DNA of 63,983 nucleotides, filler included, from Perkinsus olseni (Eukaryota): NCBI GenBank assembly GCA_013115125.1. It is 3 parts of 3 records of this genome, joined end to end, with 100 filler letters (N's around TTAATTAATTAA, not from the genome) between each part and the next. Parts side by side here need not be neighbours in the genome. Positions count along the whole stretch, not along the records: positions 22,531 to 44,924 come from JABANN010000541.1; 2 more parts are not named here. One strand, 5' to 3'. Shown piece by piece: positions 25,601 to 35,948 of this stretch (position 1 is its first letter; each line of letters starts with the position of its first letter). The notes under the pieces were generated by a model. It saw only the letters and a program-made list of their open reading frames with translations, ran no database searches and was not told where the DNA came from. The position numbers and the translations under genes were made by a program.

Positions 25601-28426
25601 CCTGTATGATCTCACAGGGTTGCTCAAGTTTTCGGGTGCTGATCAACTTTTTATGCACCACTCACGACCACAACGTGTCTCTGAGACACGTGCCACGTGT
25701 CACGTGGACATGTGATTGTTGTCAATTTTCTCGGACACTCGATAAGACACTATCTCGAGTATTGACTAGTATCGGTGTGACTACTGAGCCATAGGAAATT
25801 GTTGATTCCGGAAACAGCAAATTGTGCCCAGCCCAGGTCGTGCCTGTCCGCTAGCCGCAGCCACGTCCTGAAGAAAAAAAAGACTAAACCGAGTGCTAGA
25901 TTTTCCCCAGTACTACCCCGCGAATTCACACTGGCCATTGGAATCAGAGAATTTGTCGTGGATTCGGGGAAGGTGTGGCTGCTGATTATCCACCGCGAAA
26001 CTGAACCGGGAATTCATAGCAGTCAGGCAAAATTCGGTATGAAGAATAACTCGGCAGGCGTTTTCTGATATGCGAAACTTTCGAAACACTGGGGACGATA
26101 ATTACGGCGAGCCGCGTCGTCGTCATACGGGAGATTCTGACTCAGGAGGAAGCTAGGCCAGGCAACAAATTCAACCACTGACTTATCAGTCAGTAGGTAC
26201 TGGCCGGTCGTTCTGAGGCAGACATCTGCTCACATTCCACCTCAACCAGAATGTGAGTCCATGTTCAGCCAATTCCATAGCAAGCCGGTCTCTTCGGTCT
26301 CCCTTGGGACCAGAGAATGATATTAGCTCAACCCTGCTATGCATTCTCTTCTGTCATTAAGGCGCTCCTGGTCAAAACCCGAAGTGGCCGCCCTCGGCCT
26401 GTCGAACCCTCCTAGCAACTCCGGTGACCACGGCAGTAGTTGTTGATGAAGACCATCGCCGCGGTAGGGTCCCCGTGCTACATCTCAATTTCACACATCT
26501 CGCTTTCTCCCAGCTGATCAACTCCCTTCAGGAGCGAGAACTCGACCTTCCATTTACTAGCAGCTGCCCTCGTGGTGCTCACCACGAAGCTTTGAGACCC
26601 CGCACCGGTATGAGTCTCTTCAAACCTGATGACGCAATCCAATGGATGCACCGCCGCCCTCGACCACTCACTTTCGGGCCACGTCGAAAATAAGAAGCCT
26701 CCATCTCACACCGCCCTTACATCTCCCTAAGGGACGTACACCTGCAAGACAACAGCGCCTGCATTTCAAGGCGATCGTGGACAAGAAGGAAAGACTCCCG
26801 GTCAGCAATGCTGATATCGGAGAGCATTTGGCCTATCCATCAGCACGTGATTGGAGAAACCCTCAACTAAGACAATAGACGGGAAGTAGATTCCGGCGCG
26901 ACTCTGCGGCCGGGCAGACTGTTTTTCTGCGCCACTGCACCAGACTGGGCCGCAGGTGACTCAGAATGACCGAAGATCAATGCCTTTGACTCGATGGAGG
27001 TTCACCCGTGATAAAAAAGCACTAGTGAACAACTGCACTTCACGCATTACAGGTGAAACTCCAATGATAGATCTCGATCATACTCGAAAGGCAATGCTTT
27101 GGTTTTGCTCGGCACAGCGAGGGCCACGACGATGGACTTCGATAGATCTATTACCAACGAGGATGGTAGGTGGGCTGCTGGCTACATCAAACTCTAGCAC
27201 TTCATCGTGGGTGATGACCCAATCCTGGGTAGACTGTTCTCGAGCTGGAAAAGGGAGTGATGACTGTGAGGAGTACTGGTCTGGAAGTACACTGGCCGTG
27301 CATCAACAAGGTAGCGGAGAGAGTTTCCTTCCAGCTGGGGCCCAAACATACGGCCTCCTCCGACCACTTGTGACCATCACTGCAATACTTCTCTAAGGTT
27401 GATTGAACCTGTACGAGAGACCTTGTGAAGCGGTTCCAAACTCCGTAACATCTCAAAGACCATGTGGTTCAAAGATTGTGCTGGAAAAGGGGGCCGTTAG
27501 TCGATGACTGCAGCTACTGAGAGCTTGAATTATGCTGCCGCGCGACGGGTGCCATGCGTACCAGCCGGAAGCCGCTGAGTCTCTCACCTGATTGATGTGA
27601 GGCTCCAGCGTGTAGACATACAGAAGGAGCAGCAGCAGAACCAGAAGGCCCTGAACTGCTATCCATAAACTGGCGTGTTTAACCTACCACAACTTCGCCA
27701 ACTTCCAATGCCGGTCTCCCTACTGTAGTCTGCACAAATCGGAACTCCTCGAGGCAGAAGCATCCGGTGACCTTGCTGGTCCGCTCTAATACGCCATCCA
27801 ATAGATCGTGGGTTCGATCCCCGGCGAGGCCCTCTCGGACGGCAGGCGAGCCCGAAGAATTTTCCGTCGAACCCCTCACACTATCGTACCTCCGAAGAGC
27901 GCACGAGTTGACCAGACCAGATTGACCGAGAACTCACTCAAAGAAGCTCTCGAAGGTGTCGTCGGGTTTTCCCACCGGTCCACCGGCAGGCATGGCGAAG
28001 AAAGAAGCTGAAGAGGGCCATGCCTTGATGGAAGTGAAGAGTTGAGCATTTTACTAGCCCGAGCACTCTGAGCGAGAGCGTGGCACCCGCGGCGGAGAGG
28101 CCGAGTCAGTTGACATAACCACCGTCACTCAGGGCGACCACAGCGTTTCAGCGTTATCACTGAATGTCATGACAACGGTAGGCACATGTCGCTCCGCAAG
28201 ACAAACCATGAGATGGCTTCGAGTACTTATCGGTCGAAAGGCAAACAACCGATTGACCTACACAACGCGGCAGCGGCGGTGCTGTGCAGTAGACGTGACA
28301 GACCCTCAATGCTCGACTCACTACGTATTATTATCACAATTTGCAATTGGGAGTTGAGAATGGAATGGTACAGAATTAAAATACGTTAAATATGAGAATG
28401 TGGAATATCTTAGGTCCAACCCGGCA

Positions 28427-29959
28427 TCATGCAGGTGAACCTTCTTCGGTATCTTTCTCCTCCGCACATCTTTGCATCTTCTTAAAGTACTCTACGTTGA
28501 CAGCTAGCTGCTTCCTTCGAGGCTCCAGCTCCGGCCACATATCAATCATAGCGTTCCACAGCGGCGCCACGACGAAGTTCATGAAACCCAGCTGAAGGAC
28601 AGCAAACTCGGCCCGGTCGTCGGGAGAGCTGTCCATAAATGGAGCCGTAGGGAGGCCCTCGGACTTCTCCCGTTGAGATTGCCGGTAGAACTCAGTAGCA
28701 ACTCGCTGAGCCCAAGCTTCATACATACTCGTAGGCAAAACAGGGTTGCTGATATCGGCGGCGTGGACCAGGCACTTATGCACGAGTATCTTAGTATCCG
28801 GACATGACGTGTCAACCTCAGGGGTCGACCTAAGATCCTGCATCTGCGCGGTGAGGTCAAAGTGGACCTTCATGTCGGTGGCCAGGATAGCCGCTATGGC
28901 GGTCTTTCTGAACTCGGCAAAGGCTTCCTCGTCCCAGTCCGCCAGGAAATTATTTTTTTCTTCCAGAATCAACTCGAACGCCAACGAACAGTGCATGCTC
29001 TCTAACACTGCTTGATCGTTATACCGGATGGCTAAGGCGTGTTTCTTCTTAACGTAGTAGTCGTTGTTAAGGCCGCTGTGACCAACGTCATGGGCTAGGG
29101 ACGCAACCAGAAGGGCTAGCTGTTCCACAGCCGAACAGAACTCATCCGCACCGCAAAGACGCAGAAGATTCCCAACCGCCGACATCACACTGAATGCATG
29201 CTTGAAGTTGTGGTACGGATTAGCAGAATGGTAGTGGTGGTAAAGATCGGATAGGAAACCTTGCATTCGACTAATGTCAACAGCAGCCACCCCGACGGAA
29301 GGGTCGTCCTGGTTGAAGAAGCCACATAGATCCAAAATTGAGAGCGCGTGAAGGGCAAGAGTCTCCTCGTCGACACCAAGCACGTCCAGTTCCCAAGACA
29401 GGAGGTGTTCCAAGGACACTCGACTCTCACGTTCGCCCTTATGCCAGTTTCGGAACAACTCTATGGTCTCAGCCTTCAACGAAGGAGTGGTAACACTATG
29501 GCGGTCCTTGTGAGGGGTTCCTTCACTTCTGGTCTGGCTGGGCCTTCGAGTGGTGGACAGGAGCTCCGGTCGATCGATCCATCCCTGGACGAAGCTGTGG
29601 ATGGAAAGATTCTCCTTTTCAAGTTGCTGCGACACCCTGTGCAGCGCTATCGACCTCGTTGACGTCATCTGGCCACCGACCGTGAACCTTCGGCGATCAA
29701 CAACAGCAGCGGCGGCCTTGTTGCTCGGGATCTGTCGTCGAATATAGGAGCACATGAATTCAGCAGGGTCATCGGGGAGCTCCTCGCCAATGCGACACAG
29801 GAGGTCGGTGAGGAGGTTCTCGAGGTTGTGCTTTCGGAAGTAGTTCGACACGTCACCGACGTCGTCTCGGTCAATGTGGCTGATGAGAATATCGGGAGCA
29901 GACCCTCGTAGCCTTTGTGAGGCCTCTCGGTAGACAGGAGGCTCCTCGCTGGCGGACAT
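28427..29959 (-). CDS. Class I 3',5'-cyclic nucleotide phosphodiesterase with N-terminal RIIa/Dpy-30-like dimerisation-docking domain (intronless)
   Basis: NPYHNFKHA, HDVGHSG, AIRYND..VLESMH, ILATDM, HAADISNP, EFYRQ, QLGFM. N-terminal YFRKHNLENLLTDLLCRIGEELPDDPAEFMCSYI. Probable ATG at 29959, just after an AG acceptor. Confidence 0.92.
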   Translation of the reverse strand: MSASEEPPVYREASQRLRGSAPDILISHIDRDDVGDVSNYFRKHNLENLLTDLLCRIGEELPDDPAEFMCSYIRRQIPSNKAAAAVVDRRRFTVGGQMTSTRSIALHRVSQQLEKENLSIHSFVQGWIDRPELLSTTRRPSQTRSEGTPHKDRHSVTTPSLKAETIELFRNWHKGERESRVSLEHLLSWELDVLGVDEETLALHALSILDLCGFFNQDDPSVGVAAVDISRMQGFLSDLYHHYHSANPYHNFKHAFSVMSAVGNLLRLCGADEFCSAVEQLALLVASLAHDVGHSGLNNDYYVKKKHALAIRYNDQAVLESMHCSLAFELILEEKNNFLADWDEEAFAEFRKTAIAAILATDMKVHFDLTAQMQDLRSTPEVDTSCPDTKILVHKCLVHAADISNPVLPTSMYEAWAQRVATEFYRQSQREKSEGLPTAPFMDSSPDDRAEFAVLQLGFMNFVVAPLWNAMIDMWPELEPRRKQLAVNVEYFKKMQRCAEEKDTEEGSPA

Positions 29960-30354
29960 TCTCTGAATAACGACTGAACCAGGGATTGAACCCGGGTGGA
30001 TAGATTGAATGGGCCCGTAGTAGCCTGTCAGACTAACACAACGCTGTAGATGTAACATACACCAACAGTAAAATATGTAAGGCATCAACAAAGCCATGAA
30101 CATCTCTCGAGTGCTGTTATCGGTCAGTTCCGAGTCCGTCTACCGCCGTGGTCGGTTCCACCAGTTCTTAATTTTCATGGCGGAATGGGCCATTCGACCT
30201 GCAGTAACGGAAGCAGCTGACAAGACCGTTGAGGAACCTCTTCAACATCACCTCTTCTGGAGGTTGGAGGCCTGTCCGGGTCTTCCTCGTAAGAGTCGTC
30301 AGAGCTCCTGAGCCGAACAATATCACATCGGGATGACAGGGTGAGATTTTCCAC

Positions 30355-31104
30355 TTACAGACGAACCCAGTCGTCGTTCTCTTCGTCCTTATCCATCCGA
30401 AGCACGGCAAATTGCACCTTGCCATCCTTATTCAGCTCCATCGTCAACAACACAATTTCCGACTCGTCACCGACTCTCATATCCGTCATAAAACCATAGG
30501 CCACGCCGAGGACCGGGTCGTGGAAACGCAATAAATGGTTCGAAGACGAAGCGCTCACAGCCATCTCAGAAAAGCTCGACCTCGACCTCTGCACGTGGAA
30601 TCGGCAGTCGCCATTATCATCACCCTTAGCCACCCTCCAGAAGGGCTCATCGCTGGTGAAAACGGTGGAGCCCGGAATGATTTTGCAGAGAACGCTGTGC
30701 GGGTACGGCACAACTTCCCGCAGGGTGTAAGGCACGTCGGAGAAGTAGATCCGCCCCTTCGAAGGCATTGTGAACTTGTTGGACAGCCTTAGCGGGTCAC
30801 AGCTAGAGTCGGTTGTGACGAAGTGTCGAGCACCAGATCGGTAGGAGCAAGTCGTGGTCTTCCCGGTCACCCTCTGACCATCTCTTGTCGAGCTGTGAAG
30901 GAACAAGCTGTTCATGGGCGACCCCGGCTGTCGTGCAAGGTCAGGTGCGGGCACCACAGAGCCCTTCGCGCGACACAAAACCCGTGGAGTTACACTCGAG
31001 GCACCAATCCTTGCAAGGCGGGGGTCTACTGCAGCACAGTAAAGGCTATCCCCACCGCAGAGGGCCGCCGATCGAGTAAACAGAAGGATGAGTGCTGATC
31101 TCAT
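30355..31104 (-). CDS. Putative secreted protein, tandem paralogue 1
   Basis: Intronless 249 aa; signal-peptide-like MRSALILLFTRSAALC; motifs shared with the two neighbouring ORFs. Confidence 0.65.
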   Translation of the reverse strand: MRSALILLFTRSAALCGGDSLYCAAVDPRLARIGASSVTPRVLCRAKGSVVPAPDLARQPGSPMNSLFLHSSTRDGQRVTGKTTTCSYRSGARHFVTTDSSCDPLRLSNKFTMPSKGRIYFSDVPYTLREVVPYPHSVLCKIIPGSTVFTSDEPFWRVAKGDDNGDCRFHVQRSRSSFSEMAVSASSSNHLLRFHDPVLGVAYGFMTDMRVGDESEIVLLTMELNKDGKVQFAVLRMDKDEENDDWVRL

Positions 31105-31559
31105 GAAGAGCTGTGAAGCAGGACAGAGCAGATGGAAATCTCTTGGGAACCCAAATATTAGACCGGAGAGTACTGCGGTGAACCGAGCCTCGGAGACTGG
31201 TCTTCGGCATGCCTACAATAGAGGCACGCAAAATGATGATCAACGATAACTCGACGCATTGTGGGTCACAATTTGTGACGACACACATGAACAGCCAACA
31301 TGCACACACATGCCTTCGCGAGGATACTGGTTGGCTTCTACTAATCGTGAACCCAGCTTAGCAACGCCGCTTTGCACACAATTTGCCTGAGGGACAGTCA
31401 ATCGTCAAGTCGATTAATTATCCGGCGTGTCTTTATTTGCCGCTCGCCACTTGACGAAGTCCTCGTCCATTCGCGTCACCAAGTCAACGGAGGTCCTGTC
31501 AATGAGCATAGCGAGAAGATAGCGAAAAGCTATCTACATGTTACCAATCATCCTTCAAC

Positions 31560-32369
31560 TCACGAAGCTCGAGGGCTTTGAAGTCTCTCAGCCGATCTAA
31601 AGCGGGAAGCGAATAGAATTTTATTCACACTGAAGTGAAAAGTCCTACCATGCCGCTCTTGGCCGGTGACTGCCCTCAAGATCGAAAACGACGTAAAATA
31701 AGAGAGCTCCCTTCGAACCACTATTATAGGTACCGCGGGGTCCCTCTCTCGCCTCCTCGGAATTCTCCCGAACATAACGTGCATTTTACGATCACTGCCG
31801 AGAACCTCACGCCAGACGGCCTCCTTCGTCGGGTCCTCGCCGTCCATCTCGATGATATCGTCCCCATACACTTTCACATACCACGGTTCGCTATTATTTC
31901 CGAACTTCCAGACTTTGATCTCAGGCAAGTCGCTCGCCAACAGATTCTCATCACCCTCCACCTTCATCGGAAGAAGGTCGTGAAGACCGTAGCTGCGGAC
32001 GCCAAATCCAGCTTGTAGCTTGTTCGAATTGGGTTCATAGGCAAAGCACTTAACTTTATTTTCAGGATCGTACACCTTCGTGCTTGCCATTGGACAGAAC
32101 ACATCCGGAACGGTCGAAGGACGCATCTCCGCCGACTGCGTTAGTCTCTCTTCCACTGTCCCTCGACTGTTGTATTTAACCTTGTTTATGATGAGGTGCG
32201 ATAGGGTATCATTTTGTTCATGGAAAACTCCGCACAAAACTTCAGGTTTCCGCTGCTGTCTTTCCGTAGTTTCGCCCAACGCGGAACACCGGACCCTGCC
32301 AGGACTGGCGGTGGCGATAGGTAACAGTAGTACGAGGGACGTGATCAAGTATTGAGGGATTTTTGGCAT
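31560..32369 (-). CDS. Putative secreted protein, tandem paralogue 2
   Basis: Intronless; signal-peptide-like MPKIPQYLITSLVLLLPIATA; PEVLCGV and EPWYVKVYGDD motifs. Confidence 0.65.
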   Translation of the reverse strand: MPKIPQYLITSLVLLLPIATASPGRVRCSALGETTERQQRKPEVLCGVFHEQNDTLSHLIINKVKYNSRGTVEERLTQSAEMRPSTVPDVFCPMASTKVYDPENKVKCFAYEPNSNKLQAGFGVRSYGLHDLLPMKVEGDENLLASDLPEIKVWKFGNNSEPWYVKVYGDDIIEMDGEDPTKEAVWREVLGSDRKMHVMFGRIPRRRERDPAVPIIVVRRELSYFTSFSILRAVTGQERHGRTFHFSVNKILFASRFRSAERLQSPRAS

Positions 32370-33637
32370 TGTGAGAAGCACTGATAAACATCAGGATTCT
32401 TGGAGGGGGCAGGAGATGGTGGTCACACAGAATGAAAGTATTTTCGGGATGTTACTCAATTGCAGGAATTTCCGACCAGGAACAAGAAAATAGTAATCGA
32501 AGAGACGAGCGAGCACAGACAGAAGAGCGAAACGAAGATCTTCTTTAAAAATGATTCAATTGGTTATGTTGTTGCCATCGAGAATCTCTACAATTGACGA
32601 GCGGTGTTACTCGTCTCATTCCCTAATTTTAGGTGACCCACCAGGCCGGCAAGTTTGACGCAACGTACGAGGACGTATGAATACTAGGACGGCCGCGACT
32701 GGAATGAACTGCCTCTAAAACGCCGTCACGGGCTACCGGCCTTCCCCCAGCGCGCCTACCCACGCAGCGAGTGAGCGAGTTCGCGCTTCGCCACAACCTG
32801 AATGATGCCAAAACAACAGTCACCACCCAACGACAATTCCAGGACTAAGGCTGATTTTATTGATGCACAAAACACTTGCGATGGTTGGTAACAAGAACAA
32901 CAGTCAAATTGATAACATGGATTACATCGCAGACATCGTTCTCAACTCTTATCATACGCAAACAGTTAACGCCAAGCTGCAACGACCATGCCGGTTCAAC
33001 AACGAGGTCGTTGCGTGGCAACAGAATCTCATCCACTTGGGCCGCACGGAAATTACCAGGTGTCGGACAACTGGAAAATTAGGCGTCCCGAACCTGAATC
33101 GAGACGCATCGCAACCCGCCCTTCTCCCTATCGGAGTTGCTACCGCTGCTGCTGCTTGTACTGGTGCTCCCTTCAGACCTCGTCCTGCTCGGTTTCTTTC
33201 TGCAGAGAGGAACAACAAATAACGCTCGAACCCCCACGTTTGTGTTAATTAATAGTAATAACGACATTGCAACGATCTGCATGGAACACGATGGGACGTA
33301 CAGAACGTGATTTTCAACTTTCACAGAAGCTGCCAGGTCGATCCCTGTGCCTTCTAATGGTCCTAAGGACCACTACGGTCCTCGCAACCCCTTCCAAGGT
33401 AAGGGAATAAGACGCGAAGAACGGCGAGTCAATATCATTGGCAAAATCTTGTTCACCAACGATCCGTCAAAATTGCAATCGATACAGAATGCTGTCTTAT
33501 TAGAGCGCAAACTTACTTTTTCCCCGTAGGGTGTTGCTGATTATGAAAAGCTTCGAACGGAGCCAGAGCACCTGAAAAGAAGCCCTTCTCTCAACGCGCA
33601 GGCAACAACAAATGTAGTGAGGGGCGAAGCGTGACAA

Positions 33638-34522
33638 TCAGGGTGACATTTGTCGCCGAAAATAATCTCCGACCGCGTGGTGGTTCACCACCATGAACTC
33701 ACGTGCGAGTTTTGTTGGTGATGTAGCACGTAGGAGCGAGAAGACCAACGACACCTGTTCCCGTCTCTTAGCCATCAAAACGAATCGTTCTTCGACAAGC
33801 TGGAAGCCGCCGGTGTTGCCGAACAGAAGATGATACACCTCGCCTTTGACGGAGATGGTGAGCCACTCTCCGGGCTTCGGATCGCAGTTGGGGGACACTG
33901 AGGGGTCGGCCTTGGACCGTGAAAGTTTCTTGAGGATTCGTCTGCCTAGAGTCTTCTTTTTCGGACAGGCAACAGGGATCTCGACGAAATCATCTCCGCT
34001 CTTCAGGTACCAGGGACCCTTGCTGCCAACCTTACCGACGCCACAACCTTCGAGATCACTGCTCATGAAAACGGCAGGCTCCGATAAACCTATCGCGGTT
34101 GGCACAGCTAAGTCTATCGTGTCCTCAGCTCCCTTCATCTGTATGCTGCTTCTGCGATGCATCCCCGGAAGGTAGGTGAAGTTGAGTGACCGGGTCTTGC
34201 CGTTGGGGTCACAGAACACGGAGGCAATGCGAAAGAGACCATCACCGCCGGGACGAGTCGGACAGAAGTGGGTCTTTCGGTTGAGGATGAAGCCTCGGTC
34301 GTCTTCCTCAATGCTGCTAAGCACCACGTAGTTGGGCTGCTTTTTGGTGAGCACAGCGCACATGAGCTCGGGCGCGGTTTTCACGTTCTGGTAGATGTGA
34401 AGGAACACATCCTCGTAAGCCCGACCGCAATGCGTCTCCGGGTTGAAGTTGTTGAGAGACAGAGTTCCCACAGCGGGAAGGAACAAAGTGGTAGAAATGA
34501 TCAGGCGAAGCGTCTTGGGAGT
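33638..34522 (-). CDS. Putative secreted protein, tandem paralogue 3 (no in-frame ATG before the signal peptide)
   Basis: PELMCAV and GPWYLKSGDD motifs; N-terminus TPKTLRLIISTTLFLPAVG parallels that of paralogue 2. Confidence 0.55.
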   Translation of the reverse strand, partial: TPKTLRLIISTTLFLPAVGTLSLNNFNPETHCGRAYEDVFLHIYQNVKTAPELMCAVLTKKQPNYVVLSSIEEDDRGFILNRKTHFCPTRPGGDGLFRIASVFCDPNGKTRSLNFTYLPGMHRRSSIQMKGAEDTIDLAVPTAIGLSEPAVFMSSDLEGCGVGKVGSKGPWYLKSGDDFVEIPVACPKKKTLGRRILKKLSRSKADPSVSPNCDPKPGEWLTISVKGEVYHLLFGNTGGFQLVEERFVLMAKRREQVSLVFSLLRATSPTKLAREFMVVNHHAVGDYFRRQMSP

Positions 34523-34766
34523 TACTCGGAAAAGGAAGACACAATACGCGTTTTGCGCAGCGTTAGGGAAATACGAGATCTCTCAAGAATGCAAGAATTC
34601 TGTTCCGTTTCTGCTCAAAAAACTGAAATGCTTCCCTGGCAGTTTGCACGTTTGTCTGGCTGGTCAAGGTTCATAAACGTTTCGCTTGTGGCTCGTATGC
34701 TTTTCCATTTGAGGCGTGTATGATTTCGTTTCCACTCACAAAAGATTCCCGGCAGTTGCGATCACT

Positions 34767-35948
34767 ATGGCGCAGGACACGCCACCAACGCCGGCTGAGC
34801 AAGCCTTTATTAACTATCCTACGGTAACAGCACCCCCTCCTGGGAACCTCGTCGGAGGAGAAGGAGCAGGAAGGGAAAATAATGTGATACAGTGGGGTTA
34901 GTTTTTGCAGCGATGGGATCATGAATTTGTAGTGAGTGATGCAGAAATTTTCCGATTCAGTTTGCCTTTAAATTCTCGTTTAGGGAAACCTTCGCAGTTG
35001 TTTTCTGCTGTTTACTATCGCCTTTTTAGTGTATGTTATCATCAGGTTCGGCAACGGTATCAGATCGCTGGCGGCGTCCTGGTCCCTGCTGCCAATAACG
35101 ATACTGTAAGACGCTTGTCCCTTCATTTCATGGCAGCGTACGAGATTGATTTTCCCATTGTGGGGATTCTCTGTGACGACAGAAATGAGCAGAAATTGTC
35201 TATCAGTGTGCAACCGACAGCAGCACCGTGGGCTGCGCCGAAACACGTAAAGAATCGTGATGAAGGGTTCCCTTCGTAGCTTCTCTTAGTTGCATTGAAA
35301 AATTGATTCCATTTTTTCGGTCAGGTTGCAACCGGCAATGTGACTGTAATAAGTGGCGGCGAGGCTACGCTGGACCGGATTGCGTCCGGTGGTGGGGCTC
35401 TCACTTTGCCAACATCCCGGCCCATTGCCATGGTAGTGAGGGTGGTGGTGCTTGTACGGTGGGGACCCCTCCCGGGTTCTAATCCCACAGATGTCATCTT
35501 ATTTCAGTATGGGATTTAGGGTTGGTGATAATAGAATATCATACTCTTTGTTATTCTTACTGACGCGAATAAAAAGTCGTCGAGCGTGCGCGAATAATGA
35601 ATCGGATCCCCCAAAAACTCTCATCTTTATTTCTCCGATAGCCTCTCCTGTCTTCCGGCCTTAACATTGCAGCCTTGACGTCGCTCGAATGCGTTCAAGT
35701 CCCAAGGCATTCAGGTGTGTCCAGTTTGCAAGTGTACGGTCGTTACGAGAGTGCATTATCGCAGTGGAGCTTGCACTCTCTTCGCGGCGGCAGGACTCTG
35801 CTGCACTTGTAATAATACTCGCTGCGCGGGATGCGGGGACTTTGGCGTCTTTTCAGTTCCGCTATTTTTTTGGATACCATTTTGTTGTTCCGATCTGAAG
35901 GACGTCATGCATGTCTGCCCCAACTGCAGATCCCCGATCGGGATGTAG
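34767..35948 (+). CDS. LITAF-domain (membrane-associated Zn ribbon) protein
   Basis: Pro-rich N-terminus, then CPVCKCTVVTRVHYRSG, a hydrophobic stretch, and IPFCCSDLKDVMHVCPNCRSPIGM*. Confidence 0.85.

Noticed and set aside
23400-28300. Scattered short ORFs or possible decayed element
   Set aside because: No recognisable domains or consistent splice chain.
29960-30103. Upstream hydrophobic extension of the PDE ORF
   Set aside because: Lies upstream of an AG acceptor and contains a B-box unit; more likely intron or UTR than a signal peptide.
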